Shown here in pieces: positions 1-8,048 of a stretch of 28,107 nt of DNA (position 1 is its first letter; every line of letters begins with the position of its first letter). A program made the position numbers and the translations under genes. The stretch lies in the IMG/VR virus record IMGVR_UViG_3300021197_000882; one strand, written 5' to 3'. Under the pieces are notes generated by a model that was not told the origin of the DNA, searched no databases, and saw only the letters and a program-made list of their open reading frames with translations. The DNA comes from an uncultured virus (IMG/VR IMGVR_UViG_3300021197_000882). Taxonomy: Duplodnaviria > Heunggongvirae > Uroviricota > Caudoviricetes.

Positions 1-2
1 AA

Positions 3-518
3 CTAGTTGATAAATTGCTGGCCGATTACAAAGAGTTTGGTGACGACAAAGAAAAAATAACAATAATAACAAAGAAACATTTGGAAAAAACTGAGAAAGT
101 AGGAGATAACTATGTAAAGTCAATAGAGCCTCCTTTAGAAAGGTATTTGAAAATATCCAAAGATATTAGAAACAACATAGGGCTAAAGGGAGGAAACTTA
201 GGTAATGATGCTCACATTAAAACACTAAAAACAACAGTGTATCGTGAGTTTAAATCCAAATTTGACAGACAGCCTAGAGGTATGAGTCAAGAAGATTATA
301 AAAGAGTAAAGCCTCTAGTAAATAAAATAAAATTAACAGGGGAGCAAAATGCGAAACTTAAATCTGATTTGGCCGAATTAAAAGATACAATAAAAACCCA
401 CTTAAATCAAATAAATACTTTTGTTGAATCTAGAAAGGCTCAAACAGAATTAAGTCTTTATGACCCAACAACCAAAAGTGCAGAGGACTTCGGGGCAAAC
501 CGATATAGCATAGATTAG
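3..518 (+). CDS. Hypothetical protein, 5'-truncated by the window edge
   Basis: The reading frame is open from position 3 (cta gtt gat aaa ttg...), so the TTG at 15 is probably not the real start. Lys-rich, no recognisable motif. Confidence 0.6.
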   Translation, partial: LVDKLLADYKEFGDDKEKITIITKKHLEKTEKVGDNYVKSIEPPLERYLKISKDIRNNIGLKGGNLGNDAHIKTLKTTVYREFKSKFDRQPRGMSQEDYKRVKPLVNKIKLTGEQNAKLKSDLAELKDTIKTHLNQINTFVESRKAQTELSLYDPTTKSAEDFGANRYSID

Positions 519-527
519 GTGAATAAT

Positions 528-935
528 ATGACATGGCAAGATATACTAAAAGTTAAGAGAACTACTAAGTTGCTAAATGCTAAGAAAGTAAAAGAATATA
601 TTGATAAAAGGATGGCAAAATATCCCGATTCCCCACCTAGTAATCAAAGTATTGCTAGGGTTTTGAATATGTCTCTTGATGATGTAGAAGAAGCAGTTCA
701 AGCAATAGAAGAAGCATATGAGGATTTACCTACCAGATTACAGAAGTATTGTGAAATGCACCGTAATGACCCCGAACCTATTCCTATTCCTATGAAAGAA
801 AAGATGGGTAAGAAGAAACTTGTTGGTGGTCAAAAGAAATTAGATACCGATAACGACGGCGATATTGACGCAAAGGATTTGAAGAGGCTAAGGAAAAAAC
901 CAAAAAAAAGCAAGGGTAGGGGATTTACAAGATGA
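528..935 (+). CDS. WxxILK-tagged protein with EF-hand-like loop and basic C-terminus
   Basis: AGGTGA RBS at 517-522 precedes ATG 528 (MTWQDILK). DTDNDGDIDAKD at 843-878 fits DxDxDGxIDxxD. Ends in a K/R-rich tail. Confidence 0.75.
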   Translation: MTWQDILKVKRTTKLLNAKKVKEYIDKRMAKYPDSPPSNQSIARVLNMSLDDVEEAVQAIEEAYEDLPTRLQKYCEMHRNDPEPIPIPMKEKMGKKKLVGGQKKLDTDNDGDIDAKDLKRLRKKPKKSKGRGFTR

Positions 936-1039
936 CACGGTGTAATAACTTAGATGCTTGGTTTGATGTTCAGTCAAAGAAGGTTGATGAGGTCGAAAAG
1001 AAAACCAAGAAAGATTTTGTGACAGGTGGTAAGAAATGA
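932..1039 (+). CDS. Small hypothetical protein, 35 aa (MTRCNNLDAWFDVQSKKVDEVEKKTKKDFVTGGKK), missing from the ORF track
   Basis: ATGA overlaps with both neighbours and fills the gap exactly. Its C-terminal TGGKK is shared with the next gene. Confidence 0.65.
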   Translation: MTRCNNLDAWFDVQSKKVDEVEKKTKKDFVTGGKK

Positions 1040-1307
1040 GTTGGAAAAATATCTTAAAAGAAGACTTGTCTACCGAAGTCGCTTATGCTTTACTTCCTAT
1101 TTATGATAGTATAGATAAGGTGTATGATTCTGAAATTATTGAACATCATCAAGGTAGCGACGGGGTTCTTAACGAAGGAGATGTTGAATCTTTAATATCG
1201 TATTTACTACAAGATATAGAAAAGGAAAGCGACGAAGCCTACGAAAAGATAATGGAATCCGTAGATGAATTAAGAAAGATAACAGGTGGTAAGAAATGAG
1301 TTGGAAA
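1022..1307 (+). repeat. 26-bp perfect direct repeat ACAGGTGGTAAGAAATGAGTTGGAAA at 1022-1047 and 1282-1307
   Basis: Read directly. Each copy spans stop codon, RBS and the start of the tag. Confidence 0.9.
1036..1299 (+). CDS. WxxILK-tagged acidic hypothetical protein
   Basis: Starts MSWKNILK after AGGTGG RBS; ATGA coupling at both ends. Confidence 0.8.
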   Translation: MSWKNILKEDLSTEVAYALLPIYDSIDKVYDSEIIEHHQGSDGVLNEGDVESLISYLLQDIEKESDEAYEKIMESVDELRKITGGKK

Positions 1308-2072
1308 TATATATTAAAAGAACGAAATCCGTTTATGAATAGATTGGAAGATTCGTTAAAGAAGTTGGCTAGTGCAGTCGGTAGCAGGGGAATTTATGTA
1401 GATACTGCTAAAAATCTAGTAAGTGAATATATTATGAAATTAGAAGGGACTGACCTTTTATCCGTTCCTCAAATAGAAGAATATATGTTAGAGGCTTTAA
1501 CAACGCCAATTAACTACTTTAGTGAAAAATTAAAAGATGAGAGTTTTAGAGAGGAAATACAAGAAATAGCAGATATCGGTGAATTATCCGTTAAGGAAGA
1601 GGAAGATAATCCGGATATGGAGAAATTCAACCTTTCTCCTAAACAAATAGAATTGGTCAAAAAAATAGGAAATCAAATCTTGGCTCAAGTAATAGAAATG
1701 GCTAGTGATAAGTTGTATGCCATGACTGGTAAACTAGAGCAGGAGATAAGGGATAGAAGAGAAGATTTAACCGAAGAAGATGAAGAGGAAATAGAAAGAA
1801 TATCCGTAAATGAAAGAAAGGTCATAAAAACCATACGAGGACTAATACGAGATAAAAGATATAAGATAAATTATACCTTGAATGTGAGTCAAGATATGAT
1901 TAAACTGGAAGTATTAGAAAGGATGCGATTCGCTAGTAGAATGACATCTAAAGATGACGAACTATATCCAATAGAGACAGATGCTTTTGCTCAACACTTC
2001 AATGCCTTTACTACTAAATTCCCAGACTATGATTGGGTTGGTAAAAGTTGGTCTAAATTTTTGAGGGATTGA
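1296..2072 (+). CDS. Hypothetical protein with N-terminal WxxILK tag and C-terminal tag-like KSWSKFLRD
   Basis: Starts MSWKYILK; helical, acidic protein; ends GKSWSKFLRD. Confidence 0.8.
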   Translation: MSWKYILKERNPFMNRLEDSLKKLASAVGSRGIYVDTAKNLVSEYIMKLEGTDLLSVPQIEEYMLEALTTPINYFSEKLKDESFREEIQEIADIGELSVKEEEDNPDMEKFNLSPKQIELVKKIGNQILAQVIEMASDKLYAMTGKLEQEIRDRREDLTEEDEEEIERISVNERKVIKTIRGLIRDKRYKINYTLNVSQDMIKLEVLERMRFASRMTSKDDELYPIETDAFAQHFNAFTTKFPDYDWVGKSWSKFLRD

Positions 2073-2073
2073 C

Positions 2074-2754
2074 TTGTCATGGCAAGATATCCTTAAAGAA
2101 ACCATAGCCCAAAATAGGGTTAAGGAAATTGAGGATATAGATATTGACATAGACGATGATGATTGTCGTAGATGGCTTCAACGACTTCAAGATATTATTG
2201 TAGACTTTGCTAAGAAACACGCAGGAATGGACAAGTTAAAACAGAATGATGTTGGTAAAGGTATAACAGAAGCAGAAGCCTGTGAATTTAAAGAAGCGAT
2301 AGAAAAAACTTTGGTAGTAAATAAAAAGGGAGACTTGCCTATTCCTATAAGTTCTTCTACTACGATTGAGGGAAGAAATAAAACAGGATGGGATATAGTA
2401 AGAATAGAACTATATGTTCTTGAGGAGGAAGGCGACCCTTATATGCATGAATGGACTATAAAACCTAAACTTAGCCTCAGACTTAGATTTATGGAATCTT
2501 GGCCAAGAAGTAATTTTAAGGAATCAAGCGAATCGTTTATTGAAATTCATATTGAAAGGGTAGACTTTGACGATTACGCTGATTCCGATAAAGATTTATT
2601 TAGATTTATTGAGAGGCTATATAGGCATTGTTCTTGGGATTTTACAGGCACTAGAAGATTGATGCAGGACTACATGGAGAGGGTTAGAGAAATACCCGAT
2701 TCATCGAAAGAAGCAAGAAAGAAATTTAATGGTAGGTATAAGGGGTGGGAGTAA
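2074..2754 (+). CDS. Tandem paralog 1 of 5 (tag + TIxQxRVKEIEDIDIDIxDDDC constant region)
   Basis: TTG start, SWQDILKETIAQNRVKEIEDIDIDIDDDDC; unique C-terminal part. Confidence 0.8.
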   Translation: MSWQDILKETIAQNRVKEIEDIDIDIDDDDCRRWLQRLQDIIVDFAKKHAGMDKLKQNDVGKGITEAEACEFKEAIEKTLVVNKKGDLPIPISSSTTIEGRNKTGWDIVRIELYVLEEEGDPYMHEWTIKPKLSLRLRFMESWPRSNFKESSESFIEIHIERVDFDDYADSDKDLFRFIERLYRHCSWDFTGTRRLMQDYMERVREIPDSSKEARKKFNGRYKGWE

Positions 2755-2755
2755 T

Positions 2756-3361
2756 ATGAATTGGAAATATATTCTAAAAAATGTAATTACTCAAGGCCGT
2801 GTGAAAGAGATAGAAGATATTGACATAGATATAGAAGATGATGACTGTCGTAGATGGTATAACAGATTATTAAAAATCGTGGATAGAATTAACCTTCTTC
2901 CGGATGATAGTACGGTTAGATTAGGTGGACGGGGAGTATATTCTTATTTACCGCTAGAAGTAGATGAACAAACTGCTTGTCTAATAAAAGAAGATATGAC
3001 TCATCCACATAGTGCGTCTACCAAAATTATTAATATGAAAAATAGAGCGAAGGAAACTTATGAGAAAACAGGTTTTATGACTGGCTTTAGCGTTAATAGA
3101 GCAAAAAATGTAAGACAGATATTTCATCTTTTTGTTTATAATTTAGTAGATAGATTAGGAGACAAACGAGATAGTGAATATGGAGAAACAGGATTAGATT
3201 TATATTTCGATTGGAGAGGAAATAAAAAAGACGCTAAGTTAATTCTTGTTATTAACGAAGAGGATATAAAAAGAGATAGTAACAATATTAAAGAATTACT
3301 TCGACACATAGAACAGTCTTGGGCTATAGATGTACTAACTAATTATGGGGTTTTCAAATGA
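2756..3361 (+). CDS. Tandem paralog 2 of 5
   Basis: Start reassigned to ATG 2756 (MNWKYILKNVITQGRVKEIEDIDIDIEDDDC), after GGGGTGGGAG. Confidence 0.8.
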   Translation: MNWKYILKNVITQGRVKEIEDIDIDIEDDDCRRWYNRLLKIVDRINLLPDDSTVRLGGRGVYSYLPLEVDEQTACLIKEDMTHPHSASTKIINMKNRAKETYEKTGFMTGFSVNRAKNVRQIFHLFVYNLVDRLGDKRDSEYGETGLDLYFDWRGNKKDAKLILVINEEDIKRDSNNIKELLRHIEQSWAIDVLTNYGVFK

Positions 3362-4023
3362 AGTGGGTAGATATTCTCAAAGAAACCATTACTCAAGGTA
3401 GAGTAAAAGAAATAGAGGATATTGATATAGATATAGAAGATGATGACTGTAATAGAAAATTACAACGAATGTATAACAAGTTAAAAAATTATAATCTTCT
3501 TTTAGAAGAACGGTGGAAGGCAGGTTGGCCGAGATATGCAGAGTATTTTGCAGGTGTGAAGCACAAAACTAATAATGAAACTAACTCTTTTGGAATATAT
3601 ATAGACGAGGAACAGTCTGATATGTATTCTTTTCCAGTTTTTACCGAAAGCACCATATTCATCTATAACCCTGTTCCCGAACCCGTAGCCTGTAAAGCAT
3701 TAGAAATTTTAGAAAGTCATCAAAAAACTCACTCCGATGGTGGAGGAAGTCAAAATATTAAAACATATTATTTTGAACATGACGGAGTAACTTGGGAAAT
3801 ATTAAGAAGTTTTAATTTTGACTATCAAGATAATAACAATAGTCTTGCTATTGGTAAGGAAGGTGAAGACCAAAACAATCCACAAATATGGTTAGAGTGG
3901 GAAAACGGAGAATCTTTCTTTGGTGTCTATGATAAAGACAGAGGCATAATTGATACTAGTGGAATAAATAAATACTCAGGATATTATGATGCTAGAAAGT
4001 TTGGATTTAGTTGGCAGGAGTGA
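3358..4023 (+). CDS. Tandem paralog 3 of 5
   Basis: MKWVDILKETITQGRVKEIEDIDIDIEDDDC; similar along its length to paralog 4. Confidence 0.8.
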   Translation: MKWVDILKETITQGRVKEIEDIDIDIEDDDCNRKLQRMYNKLKNYNLLLEERWKAGWPRYAEYFAGVKHKTNNETNSFGIYIDEEQSDMYSFPVFTESTIFIYNPVPEPVACKALEILESHQKTHSDGGGSQNIKTYYFEHDGVTWEILRSFNFDYQDNNNSLAIGKEGEDQNNPQIWLEWENGESFFGVYDKDRGIIDTSGINKYSGYYDARKFGFSWQE

Positions 4024-4774
4024 TTAATATGAAGTGGCAGAATATCTTAAAGGAAACTATAACTCAAGGAAGGGTAAAGGAAATCGAAGATATAGATATT
4101 GATATAGAAGATGACGATTGTAACAGAAAATTACAACGAATGGCAAATAAATTGAAAAATTATAATCTTCTTTTAAGACAAAGATGGAAAGCAGGTTGGC
4201 CACAGAACCAAAAATATTTTGAAATAGAAAGGGATGAGCAAAGGGCTGACTTTTCGTTTTTTGGACTTAAGGTAAAAGAAGAAAATAAATTTACCTCACT
4301 TAAACAATATATTTTTGAATCGGCTGCTTCTATATATAATCCAATACCTGAAAATGTTGCTTGTAAGGTATTAGAAATTCTTGAAGAAACACCTCAAACA
4401 GATAAGGAGTATGGTTCAGCAATAACTATCGAATTTGAAGGATATATAATTTACAGAGATTTTAATTTTAATTGGCAATATAATGTAAATAGACTTGAGG
4501 TTACATCCCCAAGCGGAAAAAACGAAATTATGTTGTCTTGGACTAATGGTGAAGATACTGGCTTAGTTCGGGGTGTTGGGGGAGAGACGGTAAATTTGGC
4601 TAGAGGCTCAAATAACATATATAGAACATCGGGATATTATGACGCAAGAGAATCTGGATTTAATTGGCACAAGTGATTGATATGAATTGGAAAGATATCT
4701 TAAAAGAAACTATAACTCAAGGTAGGGTAAAAGAAATCGAAGATATAGATATTGATATAGAAGATGATGATTGT
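3979..4774 (+). repeat. About 143-bp imperfect direct repeat (3979-4121 / 4632-4774) spanning gene end, RBS and next gene's constant region
   Basis: Both copies run ggatattatga.gc.aga...ggattta.ttggca..agtgatt.atatgaa.tgg...gaaatcgaagatatagatattgatatagaagatga.gattgt, 653 bp apart. Confidence 0.85.
4029..4676 (+). CDS. Tandem paralog 4 of 5
   Basis: Start reassigned to ATG 4029 (MKWQNILK) after GGAGTGA. Shares CNRKLQRM..KLKNYNLLL..RWKAGWP, YNPxPExVACKxLEILE and SGYYDAR..GFxW with paralog 3. Confidence 0.8.
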   Translation: MKWQNILKETITQGRVKEIEDIDIDIEDDDCNRKLQRMANKLKNYNLLLRQRWKAGWPQNQKYFEIERDEQRADFSFFGLKVKEENKFTSLKQYIFESAASIYNPIPENVACKVLEILEETPQTDKEYGSAITIEFEGYIIYRDFNFNWQYNVNRLEVTSPSGKNEIMLSWTNGEDTGLVRGVGGETVNLARGSNNIYRTSGYYDARESGFNWHK

Positions 4775-5263
4775 TTAAGATGGGTAAATAAACTACATAG
4801 TATTATAGATAGAGAGCCTTCAAATGAAAGTCAAGTAGGTGGTTCGTATAACTACCTTTCCGATGAAGAAAAAGCCTGTGAAATTAAAAGAGCATGGGGA
4901 AATCCCTTTGAAAAGGAGACAGGAAATACGGGTTATAGTGTAAAACAGTTCCCTTTAACATGGCTTCAGTATAGTGAGCAATCGTATTCCCGCCTTTTGT
5001 TGAATAAATATTTTGTTACAACAATAACTAGTCAAGATTTTTCAAAAGGAGCAGAAGTCGAATTTACAGTATCAAACTATGACTTTACTAGAGACGATAA
5101 AGCATTTAGTATAAGTTTATGGGGTTCTCCCGTTGGTGAAGGGCAAGGAATAGCATCTCAATTTGTTACTAAGGATAAAGAGAAAGCGATTAAGATAGTG
5201 AAGGAATTGTGTAATTATCTAAATCTTTCTTACAATGAAATGGCAAAGGGGATTTTATTATGA
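4682..5263 (+). CDS. Tandem paralog 5 of 5
   Basis: Start reassigned to ATG 4682 (MNWKDILKETITQGRVKEIEDIDIDIEDDDC). Confidence 0.8.
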   Translation: MNWKDILKETITQGRVKEIEDIDIDIEDDDCLRWVNKLHSIIDREPSNESQVGGSYNYLSDEEKACEIKRAWGNPFEKETGNTGYSVKQFPLTWLQYSEQSYSRLLLNKYFVTTITSQDFSKGAEVEFTVSNYDFTRDDKAFSISLWGSPVGEGQGIASQFVTKDKEKAIKIVKELCNYLNLSYNEMAKGILL

Positions 5264-5430
5264 GTTGGAAAAATATTCTTAAAGAAAAAACTAATAAGGA
5301 AAGCATAGAGAAAGAAGCGGGAGCAGTCACTACTACTTCTCCTTCAGCAGTTTCGGGAAAACTATTCAATATAACTTATGGGGGGAAAAAGCGTGGTAAA
5401 AAGAAGAAAGATAAAGAAGAAGACGATTGA
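5260..5430 (+). CDS. WxxILK-tagged small protein, 56 aa, missing from the ORF track
   Basis: MSWKNILKEKTNKESIEKEAGAVTTTSPSAVSGKLFNITYGGKKRGKKKKDKEEDD*; ATGA overlap with paralog 5. Confidence 0.75.
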   Translation: MSWKNILKEKTNKESIEKEAGAVTTTSPSAVSGKLFNITYGGKKRGKKKKDKEEDD

Positions 5431-6832
5431 TTACAAAGGTATGGAAATTAATCAAAACCTCGATAAGTATGATTTTGTTAATGAGTATGCTAAGTGGAAG
5501 AAAGCCTGTTTAGGTATTTCCGGTAGTAAGATGCGGGTAAAAAATATTCCAACTCTTTTTGATTTTCTTAAGAATCATCTTACGGGAACTTATGTTAGAG
5601 ACGATAGTAGAAATCGAGCCGCAGGTGCAATAGGACAAGGGGCAGTAGAGGCTATCAAAACAATGGATAGAGTTTTACAAAAGAACTATCTTAGCGATGA
5701 TGATTTAGAAGACATCACTGACTTAGCAAAGGTATTGGAGGAATTATATGAAACAGGAAAAGATGTGGGTAAAGAAGGCATTGCTTTAGACCCTGCTTTT
5801 ATTGTGTTTACTGAAAATAGAAAGGATGCTAGGGGAAAACCAATGAAGGCTAAAACAGTAACGGGTCACTATGCTACGGCTAAATATGCCAAAAAATACA
5901 ATACTACACAAGCCCCTAATGCTTGGTTTAGTGGAACGATGGACGGAGGTAATATTCCCCATCAAGCACTTTACAATAAATCTAATAGTTCTGAGTTTAG
6001 TTCTAGGGGACTTAGATATATTTTAGAAGATGCTATTCAAGCAGTAAAAGAACCTATAGAAGTAGGGGGCGCACCAATAGGGGAAGATGATTTTAAAGAG
6101 TGGGAAAAATTAAACGCCTTTGAAACCTTTTTTACTAAGGCAACAAGGAATACATCTTTTTGGAAAGATGGTAGACTACTAGTAGATAAACTTAGAAGAG
6201 AGTTTGAAAACACAGAATTTAAAATAGGTAACAAAGAAAAGTCTCTTATTGAGAGATTAACTAAACTAAACACTAAGGATTCTCCGGCAGGAACTATTGG
6301 AATGGTTACTTGTACGGCGACTCCTCAAGTTATTGTTAGATTTGTTAAAGAAGCACTACTTCGAAGAGGAACTACTAAAGCACCGGATGGTAAACCTGCT
6401 TGGCAGAATGTTATTAGAAGAAAAGAAGACGGTTTTGATTTTAGAGATGAAGGAATACAAGACCGAGTAGTAAGCGTTAGTCAAAAGAGACAGGCAGTTG
6501 AATTGGCAAAGATACCGGAGATAAAGCGATATGCACAGGCTTTGCTTAGGAATACCTCACTATATAATGATAATGATTTTCAAACTTCCCAATCACTGAG
6601 AATGTTAAGAGAGCGAGATTTTAATTTTTCTCCTTCCTCTAAAAATAAAATAATGGAGATGTTTAATTTATCAGATGTTAGGAAAATAAATTTCAAACTT
6701 ACTAAGAATGCTATGAAGGCTTTGTTAAATCAATCAGTGATTACTCGAACTAGAGATTTACAAAGCATGAATGCTCCTAATACTAAAGAGAGAATAGTAT
6801 TGAAATCATGGATGGATATTTTGAGGTATTAA
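5378..6832 (+). CDS. Hypothetical protein with basic N-terminus and C-terminal tag KSWMDILRY (true start possibly GTG 5393)
   Basis: 484-codon ORF ending IVLKSWMDILRY. GGGGG precedes GTG 5393. Confidence 0.75.
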   Translation: MGGKSVVKRRKIKKKTIDYKGMEINQNLDKYDFVNEYAKWKKACLGISGSKMRVKNIPTLFDFLKNHLTGTYVRDDSRNRAAGAIGQGAVEAIKTMDRVLQKNYLSDDDLEDITDLAKVLEELYETGKDVGKEGIALDPAFIVFTENRKDARGKPMKAKTVTGHYATAKYAKKYNTTQAPNAWFSGTMDGGNIPHQALYNKSNSSEFSSRGLRYILEDAIQAVKEPIEVGGAPIGEDDFKEWEKLNAFETFFTKATRNTSFWKDGRLLVDKLRREFENTEFKIGNKEKSLIERLTKLNTKDSPAGTIGMVTCTATPQVIVRFVKEALLRRGTTKAPDGKPAWQNVIRRKEDGFDFRDEGIQDRVVSVSQKRQAVELAKIPEIKRYAQALLRNTSLYNDNDFQTSQSLRMLRERDFNFSPSSKNKIMEMFNLSDVRKINFKLTKNAMKALLNQSVITRTRDLQSMNAPNTKERIVLKSWMDILRY

Positions 6833-6833
6833 T

Positions 6834-7496
6834 ATGGTAACAAGAAAGCGTTGTGGTATGTGCCAACATGAAGATAGAACAGAACTAGAAAATTTATTGG
6901 AAAGTGGTTCTATTACTTGTGATGAGTTAGATGAAAAATATGGATGGAGAAGCGGTACTGCTGCACAACATCAAAGAAATCACATGGGAGAATTTGAAAT
7001 GAGTTCTAACCCTAAGTGTAAATTATGCGTCGAGCCTAATAGAAAACAGATTGAAATGGCTCTGTCTAATGGAGATATAACTACTAGAGAAGTAGCGGCT
7101 GAATTAGATACTACCCAACAACAAATCCAAAGACATCTTAAACATCACTTAACTCCTATTGTCCAAGAGAGTGCGGCTATGATGATAGCAAAGAAAGATG
7201 TCAATGAAGTTGAACTACTATCAAACAATGTCGCTAAATTAGAAGTGAGAATGTCACAAGTCTTTGATGAATTAGGAAATGATTTAGACCCTAAGATGAT
7301 TGATGCTCTAACTAAACTCGCTAGAGAAGTAAGAGAATCATTAAAATACTTGATGGAGTTTAAGGGTAAATTGATACATAGGCGACAAGATACCGTAATC
7401 GTTCATCAAATGCAAATAGTCCAAGAAGTATTAGCCCAAAATAATCCACAAATATGGTTAGATATTAAACAAAGAATGCAGGAGAAATTACAATGA
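6834..7496 (+). CDS. Probable terminase small subunit / DNA-binding protein with two CxxC-HTH-HxxxH units and helical C-terminus
   Basis: CGMC...HQRNH and CKLC...TREVAAELDTTQQQIQRHLKHH, followed by coiled-coil-like helices; lies upstream of TerL. The function is inferred. Confidence 0.5.
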   Translation: MVTRKRCGMCQHEDRTELENLLESGSITCDELDEKYGWRSGTAAQHQRNHMGEFEMSSNPKCKLCVEPNRKQIEMALSNGDITTREVAAELDTTQQQIQRHLKHHLTPIVQESAAMMIAKKDVNEVELLSNNVAKLEVRMSQVFDELGNDLDPKMIDALTKLAREVRESLKYLMEFKGKLIHRRQDTVIVHQMQIVQEVLAQNNPQIWLDIKQRMQEKLQ

Positions 7497-7759
7497 GTTG
7501 GCAAGATATTGTTAAGTTTGAAGGTTTGACTCCTAGAGATATAGCAACTAAGTTTGCTGATGGTCTATTTGATAACTATGCAAGAAAAATGAAACTAGAA
7601 GAAATAGAGCCTGATGTTCGTTTAAGACTAATAATGAAACAATACAAAAGAAGATGGATTAAAAATTTACAAAAAGATATCGAACGGCTTGATGATGTTA
7701 TCAACGCTATGGCAGAAGGTAAAATACCACTTGAAAAAATGCAGGAGAAGTTACAATGA
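7475..7759 (+). repeat. 22-bp direct repeat AATGCAGGAGAARTTACAATGA at 7475-7496 and 7738-7759 (1 mismatch)
   Basis: Read directly. Each copy holds the GGAG RBS, stop codon and next start. Confidence 0.85.
7493..7759 (+). CDS. Tagged hypothetical protein (MSWQDIVK)
   Basis: ATGA coupling; ends MQEKLQ, identical to the end of the upstream gene. Confidence 0.75.
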   Translation: MSWQDIVKFEGLTPRDIATKFADGLFDNYARKMKLEEIEPDVRLRLIMKQYKRRWIKNLQKDIERLDDVINAMAEGKIPLEKMQEKLQ

Positions 7760-8037
7760 ATTGGAAAAATATATTACTAAAGATGCTACTTCCTAGACAG
7801 TTTATGGAACATTTTGCCTTTAAATTAGGTCTTGATGCTAGCGCAGTTAAAGGTGGTCATGGTAAAGCAGGAATTAAAATGTTTATTGACTTTGAAGATA
7901 AAAGATTGGAACTACTGCAAAAAGGAAGAGGTGGCTTTACTATTTTTATTAGAGAAAACAATATGGTAGTTGAGCGACTTGGCAACTACGATTTAGAAAA
8001 ACTACTAAAACCTGTTGAAGAAGCACTCAGTTTGTAG
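7756..8037 (+). CDS. Tagged hypothetical protein (MNWKNILLK)
   Basis: ATGA coupling, GGAG RBS, variant tag. Confidence 0.75.
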   Translation: MNWKNILLKMLLPRQFMEHFAFKLGLDASAVKGGHGKAGIKMFIDFEDKRLELLQKGRGGFTIFIRENNMVVERLGNYDLEKLLKPVEEALSL

Positions 8038-8048
8038 GGAGTGGCACT

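Noticed and set aside
2074..5263. Repeats in the paralog array as a CRISPR array or DGR template/variable repeats
   Set aside because: Spacing is ~600-680 bp, the repeats are protein-coding with synonymous changes, there is no evident adenine-specific variation, and no cas or reverse transcriptase gene lies in the window.
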